A stretch of DNA of 64,000 nt. It comes from an uncultured virus (IMG/VR IMGVR_UViG_3300020109_000014). Taxonomy: Duplodnaviria > Heunggongvirae > Uroviricota > Caudoviricetes. The first letter of the stretch is position 1; the number at the start of each line of letters is the position of its first letter. This document shows positions 25,401-36,900 of the stretch, one piece after another. The position numbers were made by a program, and so were the translations under genes. The notes under the pieces are model-generated. The model searched no databases, had not been told where the DNA came from, and was given only the letters and a program-made list of their open reading frames with translations. The stretch lies in the IMG/VR virus record IMGVR_UViG_3300020109_000014. The stretch is one strand, 5' to 3'.

Positions 25401-28400
25401 ATTACCATTAGTATTTGTGGAACTAATTACATTGCCATCAACACGAATATTGTCAATATTAAATTGACCTAATACTGTTAAGGTTGATAAATCAGTAGAA
25501 GTACCAAAATCAACATCATTAACTGTAGTAACTTTTCCAGCCCCATTTGGAGTTAATACAATACTAGCATTTGAACCGATTGAGGAAAGAACATTGCCCG
25601 TCACTTTTAATGTTTCTACAATAACACCTGTTGTGTCAATAGAAGAAATAGTACTATCATCAATTCTTACGTTGTCAATATTAAACTGACCTTTTACTGT
25701 CAGCGTTGAAAAATCTGCTAATGTACCAAAGTTAACATCATTTACAGTTTCTACTACACCAGATCCATTAGGCGTTAAAGTAATATTGCCGTTAGTATTT
25801 GTAGAACTAATTACATTACCATCTAACCTTAAATTATCAGCATTGAGTTGCCCAACTACAGTTAATGTAGCAGTGATATCTACATCTTTACTAGTGACTG
25901 TCTTTCCTGCTCCATTAGGAGTGATAACAATATTAGAGTTTACAATGCTTGATCCTAATACATTATTTGTTATCGATAATGTTTCTAAAATAAGACCACC
26001 ACTGTTTGTAGATGTTATTGTATTACCATTAATATTAATATTGTCAATTTGTGTTTCACCAACAACAGTAAATGTTGATAAATCTCCAATAGTACCAAAG
26101 TTAACATCGTTAATAGTTTGTATTGTACCAGCACCATTAGCCTCTAAAATTATACTACCGTTGGTATTGGTAGCGATAATATTATTATTTTCTATTTTAA
26201 TATTACCTGATTGGGTTTGCTCAACCGAAACACTTTCTAATGAAGTAGTTCCCAATACAGCAAGATTAGCATTTACTATAACATCTCCTGTTTCATCACC
26301 AACAACTTTTGGATCTAAAATTAAAGTTGTATTAGTTGGTGTTGAAATAATATTATCTACTATTCTAATCTGTTCAATGTAAGCACCGCCAGTGCCATTA
26401 CCAGTAATAATTAAATCAGCATTGTCGTTGGTTGTGCTAATTGTATTGCCATTAATGTTAATATTATCTACTTGTAAATCACCATTTACAGTTACTGTTA
26501 CATCTAATGGTGTGGTTGTATTTCCAAAAGTTGTATTTTTATTGACTTGTGTTGGTGTTTGAATTGTAACTGTATGTGTTGGACCACCTTGAATAGTTAA
26601 ATTTCCTGACGTAGATAAAGTAGAACCATTCAAACTGAATGTATCTACTACTAACTCACCAACAATTGTAAGTTTAGACTCATTTCCACTAACACCAAAA
26701 AATACATCGCTTAATGTTTGTACAAAACCATCTCCACTAGGTGATAATACTAAGTTTCCATTGTAATCAGTAACACTAATTGTATTACCATCAATCCTAA
26801 TATTATCTATATTAGTCTGACCAATTACTGTAAGTATAGCTTCGTCGGCAGGAACTTCTGTAAAAATATTAAATGGTCTACCTATGTTTACATCATTTAC
26901 CGTTTCTACTACCCCCGTGCCATTAGGAGTTAAGGTAATATTTCCATTAGTATCACTAGAACTAATTACATTTCCGTCAATTCTAATATTATCTAAGTTA
27001 GTTTGACCAATTATAGTGAGTATAGATTCGTCTGATGCAATTCCAAAATTGACATCATTAGTTGTAGTAACTTTTCCAATACCATTTGGTTTCAAAATTA
27101 AATCTGTATTTACTCTTGTGGTGCTCAATACGTTGCCATATAATCTAATATAATCTGCTGTAAAAGTACCAGTTAAAATAACATCACCTATATTAGCAAA
27201 TACAACTTCAGTAGAAGATAAAGGAGAACTTACATTTTGACTTAATGTTATAGTAGTTGCTGTTATAGAATCAACTGTAGTTCCTGATGCTATGTTTGTT
27301 GATAAGAAAGTAATAACATCTTGACCAGCAGAAATACCTACAGCACTAGTAACTGTAATTTTTAATGGATCATAGATAAAGAATGCTCCTGTTAAAGTTG
27401 TTCCCCAATTACTACCAGCAGTAATTTTTACATTAATAGAAGCAACGGTTAAAGTTAAATCATCTCCAGTTCCTCCAATATCAGATGCTGGTATGGTAAT
27501 AGTTTCTGCTACAGCAAATCCAGCACCGCCATCAATAATTGTAACATTTGATGCTGCTCCATTTTCATCAATAGTAATAGAGAAAGAAGCAACAGTTCCC
27601 GCCAAAGATCCAGAAACTGGACCAACCGTATATGTTCCAGCAGTTCTGGTTGGATCAGCTGATGAAGTATTTACTGTGGCGATATATCCAGGAGTTATTG
27701 CTGTTACATCAGCATAAAAATTTCCAGCAAATGTTATTCTATGACCAACAGCAACAGTACTAATAGTCGTTGCTAATAAGAAATCAGTTCCGACAGTTCC
27801 TGTAGAAGTTATAGTTTCACCGACACTATCTGCTGTTGTTGTGGCATTTAATATGCCAAAATTAGTTGTTCCTGTATTAGTTGTTGTACCAGTAAATAAT
27901 GTTGTTCCAGCAACATTAATATTACCACCAATGAAAAGATCTTTTTCAATACCAACGCCGCCAGCGATAACAAGTGCTCCTGTTGTGATACTCGTTGATT
28001 GTGTAGTAGCATTTATTCTGAATGTAGGAATAGTCGAACTCAACTCCATTGATAAAGCACTAGCAGGATCCGTTGGAAGCGTTCTGCCAAGTGTTAATCT
28101 TGAAACACCACCTGTATGAAATTCTAAAGTATTATTTGCTTCTCCAGGATTTTTTTCTGGAAGAATAAATGTCTGGTTGTCTACAGATCTTACGCCACCA
28201 AGAGAACCCCAAGCAGTTCCATTATACCCTTCAAAATAAGTTCCTGTGCTATTAAATCTAACCATACCAGCAATGCCAGTTGGTTGCTCTTCTGTTGATC
28301 CTAATGGTAATATAAACGCGTTTGTTCCAATAACTTCAACATATCCATTTCCATTAGGAGCCAGTAAAATATTACCATCAGTATCTTCACTTGAAATTGT

Positions 28401-31400
28401 ATTTACACTTAATCCTAAATTACCGACATAAGCTTTTTGACTAATATAAATATCTCTCCACTTCTGGGAAGTAGAACCTAAATCGTAGGTGCCAGTTGTA
28501 TCTGGAATGAAGCTTGAGTTGATGTCAGCATTAAATACAATATTATCTGTATTTAAATCTCCGAGAGTAATTGTACCTGGAGTGCTGCTACCAGCTCTAA
28601 ATGTAATATCGCCATCAACTGTTAAATTGCCATTAACAGTTGTATTTTTATGTAATGTGATGGACTCAGAACCATTTGTTGTTGCTAGTGTGATATATGG
28701 ATTAGATGCTTCGCTAATTGTAAAAGCAGAAGCACTATTGTCAATAATAGAAACATTAGTAGCAACTGCTGATACTGTAATATCTCCACCTTTGACAGTT
28801 AAATCTCCTTCAGTTACAACATCACCAGATGTGGTGGCAACACTAAATTTAGTTGCTGGGGTAGCAGCACCATCATTGATCAAGAAGTCTTGAGAAGTTC
28901 CACCTCTGAAAATGAAATCTCCAGTGCCGTTAGGATCAATAGTTAAATCGCCGTTAGCATTTTCTGTTCCAATTGTATTAGCAGTAATACCTACATTTCC
29001 GATATATGCTTTTTGACTTAATTGTAAGTCACGCCATTTTAGTGAGCTGGTTCCTAAATCAAAAGCAGCAGAAGAATTTGGATTTACTGAAGTTGTAATT
29101 TGAGCATTAACTGCCAAAGTATCAGCAGCAGCATCGCCTAGTATCACACTACCATTTAGCGTGGTGTTACCAGTTACAGTTACTGTTCCACTAGCAGATA
29201 CATTTCTATGTAGAGTAATTAATTCGGCACCGTCTGTGGATGCTAATGTAATATAAGAATTGGTGCCTTCTTTAATTGTTAAAGCATTGGCATTATTATC
29301 AATAATAGCAATATTAGTAGCAGCATTTGAAACAGTAATTGTTCCGCCTTTTACTGTTAGATTGCCTTCTGTAGTAGTATCTCCGCTTGTTGATACAACA
29401 CTAAATTTGTTTACCGACCCGTCATTGATAACAAAACTTTGTGATGCTCCACCAGTAAATTGTAAATTACCAGTACCGTTTGGATCAAAAATAATATTTC
29501 CGTTTGTATTTGTTGAGGAAATTGTGTTGTCATCCACATCAACATTCAAGTTACCAATATAGGCTCCACGAGAAAGATAAAGATCTTTCCACCTCAGTGA
29601 TGATGTACCAAAGTCTCTGGTTCCTGTTGTAGAAGGAACAAAATCACTAGCAACTCTAGCAGTTACTGTAACCGTATCATTAATAGCAGAATCACCGATA
29701 GTAGTGTTACCATTAACGGTAAGATTACTAGTGATAGTTACATTAGTACTGAACGTAGTATCTTTATGTAAAGTAATCGATTCTGTAGTATCTGTGGTAT
29801 TTAAAGTGACGTAAGAGTTTGTTCCCTCCTTGATCGTAAATGAAGCAGCATTATTGTCAATGATAGCAACGTTAGTAGCAACAGCTGATACAGTAATATC
29901 ACCACCTTTTACAGTTAAGTCTCCCTCAGCAACTACGTCACCAGTTGTAGAAGCAACGGAAAACTTAGTTACAGGCGTTCCAGCACCATCATTAATCAAG
30001 AAGTCTTGGGAAGTACCACCTTTAAAAATGAAGTCTCCTGTGCCGTTAGGATCAACGGTAATATTACCATCAGCATTAGTAGATGAAATGACGTTGGTAT
30101 CTAGTAACAGGTTGGCAAAATATCCACCAGTGCCAGCATAGACAGTTCTCCACTTCTGGGAAGTAGAACCTAAATCGTAGGTGCCATTTGTATCTGGAAT
30201 GAAGCTTGAGTTGATGTCAGCATTAAATACAATATTATCAGTATTGATATCACCTAATGTAATAGTACCAGCAGATCCACTACCAGCTCTAAAAGTAATA
30301 TCTCCATCTACAGTTAAATTGCCATTAACAGTTGTATTTTTATGTAATGTGATGGACTCAGAACCATCGGTAGTATTTAATGTTACATAAGAATTTGCTC
30401 CTTCTTTAATTGTAAACGAAGCAGCATTATTATCGATGATGGCAACATTAGTAGCAACAGCAGAAACAGTAACAGTTCCACCTTTTACTGTAAGATTTCC
30501 TTCAGATACTGTATTGCCAGTTGTAGAAGCAACACTAAATTTAGTTGTAGCGCCATCGTTAATTTCAAAATTTTGTGATGCTCCACCAGTAATTACAACA
30601 CTACCAGTACCATTTGGATCAAAAATAATATTTCCGTTTGTATCTGTTGAAGAAAGTGTATTAGTGTTGATTCTTAAATTAGCAGCATATAGATTTGATT
30701 GTGTCCAAATATCTTTCCATCTAAATGTTGTGTTACCAAAATCATATGTATTACTTGTTAATGGTAATACATTTGAACTGACTTGAGCATTGAAAGCAAT
30801 TGAGTCGGTAGATACATCACCTAAAGTTATTGATCCATTAGATCCTTGACCTGCTCTAAATGTAATATCACCATCTACAATTAAATTACCACCAATGTTT
30901 GTATTTTTGTGAAGAGTAATTGATTCACCACCATTAGTAGTGTTTAAAGTTACATAAGAATTCGTTCCTTCTTTAATTGTAAACGAAGAAGCGTTATTAT
31001 CAATGATAGCAACGTTAGTAGCAACAGCAGAAACAGTAATATCACCACCTTTAATTGTTATGTCACCTTCCGTTGTAACATCACCAGTAGTTGAATTTAC
31101 TACAAATTTATTTACTGGTGTTGGTGTGGTGCCATCATTAATAATAAAATCTTGTGATGCTCCACCAGTAAGAACTACATCTCCAGTTCCATTAGCATCT
31201 AAAATAATATCACCATTTGTGTTTGTTGATGATAGAGTATTCCCATCAATTCTCAAATTATCAGCATTGAATTGACCAACAACTGTTAGTGTAGATGAAT
31301 CTCCAGATGTACCAAGATTAACATCATTAACAGTTTCAATTACTCCAGTGCCATTAGCACTTAAAGTAATATTACCATTTGTATTTGTTGATGATAGAGT

Positions 31401-33755
31401 ATTGCCATCAATCCTTAGATTATCGGCATTTAACTGACCGACAATAGTTACGGTTGAAGGATCACTAATAGCACCAAAGTTAACATCAGCATTTGTAGAA
31501 ATGTCTCCAGTTATATCAAATGTTCCTGTTACAAATAAATTGCTATCAATTGTTGTACTTCCAGCACCAGCAGGAGCAATAGTAATATCACCTGTTGTTG
31601 TTTCAATAGTGTTTCCAGTAAAATCTAGATTACCAACAGTAATATTTGTTGGAGTAATAACTACTGAGTCTACGTTATCAGTAACTGTTATGTTAGAAAG
31701 ACTTGATACACTAAAAGCTTGTGAACCGAAATTTAATGTTCCTTGTCTTTGATCTACTTCAAATACATCACCAATTTTTACATTTCCTCTTTGGTCAATC
31801 GTAACATATGAAACATCGCCACCATTAGCTTCAACAATTTCGTTTCCTTCTATAGCCTTAGTTTCATCAGCAGTAAAATCTTTTCCAGATCCAACAAAAT
31901 TTAAGTTGAATGAAATGAGACGTAATTTACATCCAGTTCCATCTGCCTTTACTCCATAATCTCCGAATTCTGCGGCAGATGAAATAGATCTCAGCTCAGC
32001 ACCAAACTGCTGATAATCTGCCAAAATAATTCTAGCAGCAGTTGCTACAGTTGCTGTGTCTTCAGCATTTCTAATTCTAATATCTTGTATAACTACAGAA
32101 TCATCAACAATAATTGTTGAATTATTTGTTCCATCTAGATGGAGAAGTAAAGTATTAAAATCATCATTAGCGTAAGCAAAAGACGCTGGAGTGAAAGTAG
32201 TATCATATCTACCAATACCTTTACTTAATCTAAATTCATCAATATAACCTGTTAATCCACTAGTACCATTGTAATTAGCACCAATTCTAATGGTGCTTTG
32301 GGGATAAACATTAGTATCAGTATATGGAGATCCTTGAAGATTTCCATTTAAGAATAATCTTGTTACTCCAGTTTTTCTAGAAAGAGCAACATGATACCAA
32401 GTATTTGTTGCCATTGTAGTGGCACCAACAATTCTATCAGAACCTGCTGTGTAATATCTTAAAACACCACCAGAAATATAAATGACTGGGAGGGTGTCTC
32501 CAGCAAGAGTTCTTTGATCATATAAAACTTGAGTATTAGATGCTGTTCTTCTAACCCAAAAATCTACAGTAAAATCACCAGTACCCAAATCAAAATCAGG
32601 ATCAGAAGCGTAAGTTAAGTAACTGGTTGTTTCTGGAAAGAATAAAGATGCATTACCAAATTTGAATTGACTGGTAGATATAGCGGTAGATCCAACTAGA
32701 GTAGCAACTTTTGCTGTCCTATCTGCTGCATTAGCAAAAAAACCAGTCCCTTTGTTAGTTAAAATTAAATAATTTCCTACTGCTGTCGATTCTATAACGC
32801 CAGAAGCAACTAAATTACCAGAAGCATCAAAATATTTTACAATATCATTAGGAGAAATAGTTCCAGTAACACCAGATAATCTTAGACGAGTTCTACCTTG
32901 ACCTGATAATCCAAGATCGCCAGACTCGGCAAGAATACCATACTCAGCAAAATAAGAGAAACAGTTGATCCATTCAACTCTTGCTCCATTTGTAATCTTA
33001 AGTGCTATAGCATTGGCACAGATGAGTGTAATTTCATTACAAAGAATAGCTGGTTCTAGCGTATTGTATTGTACAACAGCACCATCAACTAAGATACCAC
33101 CACCAGCATCATTAGCATCGTAACCATATGGATCAGTAGCAGAAGTTACTGATCCTTTGTTGAGAACAGTAACTCTTTGTAAATAAGGACTTCTTTCTAA
33201 TGTGATACTATCTTGCGCAAATCTGAATGCCCATCCTGTATTGAGAAGGGGATCAAATAGCATACCACCAATGGTAAGATCTTCTACACCAGTATCGCCA
33301 TTAAGTAAGAAACAATCTTTAGTTCTTGTTGCTGTAGTAGGTACAATTTTTGTAGATCTAATTGCTGTACCTTTGACAACTACGCCAGCAGGTATTGTTA
33401 AAGGGAAAATCTCTTCAAATGTTCCAGGACCAATATGAATTGTGTCTCCAGAACTTGCTAGAGCAAGAGCATACTTTACTGTTCTAAGAGCAACATTTCT
33501 AGTTCTACCTGGATTTTTTCTATATCCTGGAGATTCAGGATCAACATCCACAGAATCCACGCCGTTGGTAGTTACATACCAAACAGTCCCTTCATATGAA
33601 GAGACTGTACCATCAAGATAATTAATTGCTCTAGCAAGAGTATTAGGCAGTGGAGTATTTAAAGTAGATACATCTCCTAAATCTGCTCCAATCAAATTGA
33701 GCTGCTGTCTCTGCTGCTCTAGAGTGAAGGTTTTAGCTACATTTCTAACTGCCAT
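22485..33755 (-). CDS. Giant virion structural / fibre protein (3756 aa): N-terminal beta-helix, LamG/concanavalin-A-like domain (~32130-32670), many GN.ISSTNTNGNI.L.PNG.G repeats
   Basis: WYVTTNG..D...GDTIHIGPGTFEE (beta-helix start); DFTVDFW...WYHVALSR...GYIDEFRLSKG (LamG); G..RFN....FEGY.G..WGS.GGV.D motifs. Confidence 0.85.
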   Translation of the reverse strand: MAVRNVAKTFTLEQQRQQLNLIGADLGDVSTLNTPLPNTLARAINYLDGTVSSYEGTVWYVTTNGVDSVDVDPESPGYRKNPGRTRNVALRTVKYALALASSGDTIHIGPGTFEEIFPLTIPAGVVVKGTAIRSTKIVPTTATRTKDCFLLNGDTGVEDLTIGGMLFDPLLNTGWAFRFAQDSITLERSPYLQRVTVLNKGSVTSATDPYGYDANDAGGGILVDGAVVQYNTLEPAILCNEITLICANAIALKITNGARVEWINCFSYFAEYGILAESGDLGLSGQGRTRLRLSGVTGTISPNDIVKYFDASGNLVASGVIESTAVGNYLILTNKGTGFFANAADRTAKVATLVGSTAISTSQFKFGNASLFFPETTSYLTYASDPDFDLGTGDFTVDFWVRRTASNTQVLYDQRTLAGDTLPVIYISGGVLRYYTAGSDRIVGATTMATNTWYHVALSRKTGVTRLFLNGNLQGSPYTDTNVYPQSTIRIGANYNGTSGLTGYIDEFRLSKGIGRYDTTFTPASFAYANDDFNTLLLHLDGTNNSTIIVDDSVVIQDIRIRNAEDTATVATAARIILADYQQFGAELRSISSAAEFGDYGVKADGTGCKLRLISFNLNFVGSGKDFTADETKAIEGNEIVEANGGDVSYVTIDQRGNVKIGDVFEVDQRQGTLNFGSQAFSVSSLSNITVTDNVDSVVITPTNITVGNLDFTGNTIETTTGDITIAPAGAGSTTIDSNLFVTGTFDITGDISTNADVNFGAISDPSTVTIVGQLNADNLRIDGNTLSSTNTNGNITLSANGTGVIETVNDVNLGTSGDSSTLTVVGQFNADNLRIDGNTLSSTNTNGDIILDANGTGDVVLTGGASQDFIINDGTTPTPVNKFVVNSTTGDVTTEGDITIKGGDITVSAVATNVAIIDNNASSFTIKEGTNSYVTLNTTNGGESITLHKNTNIGGNLIVDGDITFRAGQGSNGSITLGDVSTDSIAFNAQVSSNVLPLTSNTYDFGNTTFRWKDIWTQSNLYAANLRINTNTLSSTDTNGNIIFDPNGTGSVVITGGASQNFEINDGATTKFSVASTTGNTVSEGNLTVKGGTVTVSAVATNVAIIDNNAASFTIKEGANSYVTLNTTDGSESITLHKNTTVNGNLTVDGDITFRAGSGSAGTITLGDINTDNIVFNADINSSFIPDTNGTYDLGSTSQKWRTVYAGTGGYFANLLLDTNVISSTNADGNITVDPNGTGDFIFKGGTSQDFLINDGAGTPVTKFSVASTTGDVVAEGDLTVKGGDITVSAVATNVAIIDNNAASFTIKEGTNSYVTLNTTDTTESITLHKDTTFSTNVTITSNLTVNGNTTIGDSAINDTVTVTARVASDFVPSTTGTRDFGTSSLRWKDLYLSRGAYIGNLNVDVDDNTISSTNTNGNIIFDPNGTGNLQFTGGASQSFVINDGSVNKFSVVSTSGDTTTEGNLTVKGGTITVSNAATNIAIIDNNANALTIKEGTNSYITLASTDGAELITLHRNVSASGTVTVTGNTTLNGSVILGDAAADTLAVNAQITTSVNPNSSAAFDLGTSSLKWRDLQLSQKAYIGNVGITANTIGTENANGDLTIDPNGTGDFIFRGGTSQDFLINDGAATPATKFSVATTSGDVVTEGDLTVKGGDITVSAVATNVSIIDNSASAFTISEASNPYITLATTNGSESITLHKNTTVNGNLTVDGDITFRAGSSTPGTITLGDLNTDNIVFNADINSSFIPDTTGTYDLGSTSQKWRDIYISQKAYVGNLGLSVNTISSEDTDGNILLAPNGNGYVEVIGTNAFILPLGSTEEQPTGIAGMVRFNSTGTYFEGYNGTAWGSLGGVRSVDNQTFILPEKNPGEANNTLEFHTGGVSRLTLGRTLPTDPASALSMELSSTIPTFRINATTQSTSITTGALVIAGGVGIEKDLFIGGNINVAGTTLFTGTTTNTGTTNFGILNATTTADSVGETITSTGTVGTDFLLATTISTVAVGHRITFAGNFYADVTAITPGYIATVNTSSADPTRTAGTYTVGPVSGSLAGTVASFSITIDENGAASNVTIIDGGAGFAVAETITIPASDIGGTGDDLTLTVASINVKITAGSNWGTTLTGAFFIYDPLKITVTSAVGISAGQDVITFLSTNIASGTTVDSITATTITLSQNVSSPLSSTEVVFANIGDVILTGTFTADYIRLYGNVLSTTRVNTDLILKPNGIGKVTTTNDVNFGIASDESILTIIGQTNLDNIRIDGNVISSSDTNGNITLTPNGTGVVETVNDVNIGRPFNIFTEVPADEAILTVIGQTNIDNIRIDGNTISVTDYNGNLVLSPSGDGFVQTLSDVFFGVSGNESKLTIVGELVVDTFSLNGSTLSTSGNLTIQGGPTHTVTIQTPTQVNKNTTFGNTTTPLDVTVTVNGDLQVDNININGNTISTTNDNADLIITGNGTGGAYIEQIRIVDNIISTPTNTTLILDPKVVGDETGDVIVNANLAVLGTTSLESVSVEQTQSGNIKIENNNIIATNTNGSIILEANGAGTIQTINDVNFGTIGDLSTFTVVGETQIDNININGNTITSTNSGGLILETLSITNNVLGSSIVNSNIVITPNGAGKTVTSKDVDITATLTVVGQLNADNLRLDGNVISSTNTNGNITLTPNGSGVVETVNDVNFGTLADFSTLTVKGQFNIDNVRIDDSTISSIDTTGVIVETLKVTGNVLSSIGSNASIVLTPNGAGKVTTVNDVDFGTSTDLSTLTVLGQFNIDNIRVDGNVISSTNTNGNITLTPDGTGVVETVNDVNIGRLEDLSTLTVLGQFNIDNIRVDASTISSIDTTGVIVETLQITGNTLSSVATNGDINITPDGTGRIVTTKQVNITNTLNVVGQFNIDNIRVDGNVISSTNTDGNITLTPNGFGVVETVNDVNFGTVADNSTLTIVGQFNADNIRIDTSTISSIDTTGVIVETLKITGNILSSIDGNADIVLTPNGSGKTTTSKDVDITSTLTVVGEVNADNLRLDGNVISSTNADGNITLTPNGTGVVETVNNVNFGTVSDLSILTVVGEVQIDDININGSTITNTQVINGDITITANGNGGVVIEEIRIVSNEITSSNTLIVIDPGVVGNNSGDVQIRGNLIVDGVTTTVNSSTISIDDKNIELGAIDTPSDPAANGGGITLHATQDKTITWNASSNYWTTNVGLEVQGDLYVDGGAVYHNSLTDKLTVNNLEFTTNAIKSNSGDLNFDVSNSTNDFVFNGQLTGSNAIVARTVNYTQTLGIDIPTGSLTTIGDLTSRNIVTRNGLILSGNQLIQNISYNTKSFGVICRLSTFDPDVPLISNGSYSNIVLSGGSGSGAVISVLVESQNILPENIAFVSGGFGYLINDSLTGNIGGYTITFSVTDVSGSGINIKPSTNGIVQIDTTTGLRVPVGNFAQRPTTEAVRGLIRFNTEQWGFEGYDGNQWGSVGGVRDVDGNTYLIAESAPAANENIFYFYNNSVNSTRLSISKLEFDTVRTISTIFNASKKYDLVFSESAGVSKLELQGDVLELTSTVSSGNLLTVKKSSGVDPEILELRNTNLSLNNDILNINFNNAPIISTNKDTLTLNINGTDFIRFSNQGSGTAAIEIDYDDQGTFETFVDNTGKFVNLDDFTIKGISGVSFTQDIIIGTCDTNIYRSGKVLVQTSSAASEYEITELTFVVDDSNNVYFSESSDVFTGQKLVEYSLGVINGVLNITVNKIPGYDDPNVEFTSKFTSTLIKK

Positions 33756-33960
33756 TTTTTAATAACTCTCGTAAAAGATTTTTGATATCAGAAAGTTCTT
33801 CTTTAAGAAGTTGAACGTCTTGTTGTATTTGATTGAATGATGAAGCAGATAAGCGAGTTTTTCTCGCATCTTCGAAGGCACTTTTATCAGTATTTATAAT
33901 CGCTCCAGTACGATTATCCCTTACGAGACCATCGTGCCCGCTTACTTTTAAATAATCCAT
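33745..33960 (-). CDS. Conserved cyanophage hypothetical protein (71 aa, C-terminal coiled coil)
   Basis: KVSGHDGLVRDNRTGAIINTD; usual position after the VrlC-like gene. Confidence 0.8.
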   Translation of the reverse strand: MDYLKVSGHDGLVRDNRTGAIINTDKSAFEDARKTRLSASSFNQIQQDVQLLKEELSDIKNLLRELLKNGS

Positions 33961-33967
33961 TTACAAA

Positions 33968-36900
33968 TTAATAACTAGCTACAGCTCTTATATCTTGAAT
34001 CTTGGGAACATATGCTGGATCATCTGTTTTCATAATAATTTTAATAGCAAATGATGCAAATTCTGGTAAATTAGAAGCACTATATTTCAATTCCTGATAA
34101 AAATCTTGTTTTTCAAATTGACCTGATATAGAGTTCGCTGGTTTAGCAAGATCTTTATTATTTGGAGATCCATCTACATTAAAATATTCCCAATTAATAT
34201 CTTCAAAATTAGATTGAACTGATGATAATTTAATTTTATACAGAACTTTAATATTTTCAGTATCTTTGATATTTGCCGTCATTCTAAAATCAATTGAAGT
34301 TCCTGGATTATTAATAGAAACTTCTTTGGTTACATATTTTGCTAGAGAAGAACTATTTTTTGAATTAGTCTCTTCTACATAATCAACACCATATGTAAAT
34401 GTCATTTGATCAACTTCAACATATTTACCATCAGCAGATTTAATTACATCGCCTGCTCTAAAAATATCAGGTATTTGTGAATCATAATTTTCTGCTCTTG
34501 TGTATGGACTATTAGTAGTTATCTCACTAGTATAGTTATTATTAATTGGAGCATATGAATTTTCAACTATCAATTCTTTATCTTCTGAATCCCATGATAC
34601 AACTTTTCCATTAATCTTATTAGGATAAGATATAGAAGTATTTTGGGGGAAATAAGAAACTATATTTGAATTTTCATCAAATGTATAAGTCAATTCAGAA
34701 ATATCAGTAATTGTTACAGTAACACTCGTGAGTGTGGTGCCATTCGTTAGTTTTACCGTAACAGTTTCATTTTTAATAAATGGTGTTTTAGTTTTTAATT
34801 TTACTTGTGCTGTGGACCCACTTAAAGAAATTACCGAACCTTCTGCTTTTGAACTATTTCCAATAAAAGTTTGGTTAGCTTCAATAGAATTTGCTGCGCC
34901 TAAAACAGCAATGGATAAATTATAAATTGGTAAGAAAGATAAAACTTGATTTCTCTTACCATATCTATTCTCTTTACCTGCTGAATTTTCTACTCTATTG
35001 CTTATTGTTTTGATAGAAGAAGTTCTTAAATCAATTACTGGAGAAAGATTAGTTGATTTTGAAGAAAGTAAAAATTTATACGTCAGTGAATTGCCAATTT
35101 CGTTCATTGTTTCATTAACTCTTGAGGCAATAACTTTTTGATTAGTGAAGAAATGTTCGTCGTTGATAAATGTTTTTTCGTATTCTGATTGTGAATATGA
35201 AATATAATTAGTAGTATTTGAATCTACTGGTACTATGTTTGTAGTTTTTACATAACTATCAATTTTTGTAGAATTTACTTGAAGATAAGCAACTTGAGCA
35301 TAAAGTTTTTCATACTTTCTGTTATAAGTTGCTAGTACTTTATTTCCTCCACCAAATGTACTAGATCCTGCTCTATTTGGACCTAGAATATTGTAAGTAT
35401 CAATACCAGAATTTGAAACTTTGAATAGTTCGGCATTTAATAAAACAGATGATATACCGCCAACATCTTCTACATTTCTGTAAAAAGCATATGAGTTTCC
35501 TTTATCTTCAAACCCATGATCTCTGTGGAAAAGTTTTACAATATAATTGTTGTTCTTAAATAATGGTGAAGTAGCATTTGTATTTGAACGTACACTAGTT
35601 TCAAAAGGATCTTTGTCTAATAATTCGTAACCTAATGGTTTATTAGATAATAATAATTCACCAGATTTTGAAATATTAAATTCTGCTCTGTACATAGTAA
35701 ATTTAATATCTTCCGAAAGATCTTCAGTCCAATTATCCGTATTTTGAGATTTGTAAACAGATCCAAGCAAAGGTTGGGTGGTTACAACAGCACTAGTTGC
35801 TTTTTCAACTTCTCCTAACTTAGATGCCCATAACAAATAATCAATCGAATCAGTTTCAATGTTTAAGGCATACTTAACATCATTTTGTAAATAAACTGGA
35901 TATTCAAAAGCAAATCTTGTCGGAGTTGTTGATACTATAGCTCCGTCAGAATCTACAGCAATTCCCATTCGTACAGATGGAGTATCAATTTCAATTAGTG
36001 ATTCTATTGTGGCTCCTCCAGAACCTGTTCCTATTCCTTTAATAACAACTGAAGGTGGTTCTGTATACCCTCTTCCTGATAAGGAAATGTTGGCATTGTA
36101 AATAGTTCCATTAGATACATCAACAGATCCAGTTGCTGTGCTGCCTCCAGGTAACTGAGGACTTTCTATAACAATAGAAGCACTTTCGTAATTTTCTCCT
36201 AAATTAGTAACTTTTAAATCAACAACTCTACCAGAATCTTTAGTGATAGAAATTAATGCTGATTTATTATTAGTAGCATTATATGTTGTAACTGATGGAA
36301 TCGTCAATGGCTCACCTGTACTGCCACCTACGAAAGATTTGCCATTATGATTACTTAAAACTAACGTATATACTTGTTCTTTATTTAATTCAAATTCTGT
36401 GCTATTTTCGTCCCCAACTAAAATATTGTTTTTGTCGTACACTTTAGAAATAGGACCACTAGCATTAGAATTTTTGCCAACTACTACTTCTGATTTTTTA
36501 ATTTTGATTGTTTCTACATCACCAGTTAAATATACCTTTAAATAAGTATCTGGATATAAAGTTGATTCAGTTCCAGGTACAATATATTTTCCTGGTTTAT
36601 CTGTATCTATATTTGAAATATAAACTCTAATAGGAATCTTAGAACTTTTTGCTGAGAAGAACAAATCTAAACCAGTAGTAAATACCCCACCATCATAATT
36701 TTCTACTTTAAAAGTTTGTGCCAAAGGATTTGGTTTAATTTTTGATTGGGTGTTGTTATTAATCAACTGTACACCTTCATTAGCTTTGAAGAATGATGGT
36801 GCTGTTGATACAATACTAGAAGGATTTTCTGGCAAAATGCCAGTAGCATAAAACTTGACTTCAGCAAAAGTATCAACATTGTCAGTAATTGATCCAGAAG

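Noticed and set aside
5270..30240. Near-identical DNA tracts in the fibre genes as a diversity-generating retroelement TR/VR pair
   Set aside because: All copies are in-frame within coding repeats, there is no adenine-specific mismatch pattern, and no reverse transcriptase is present in the window
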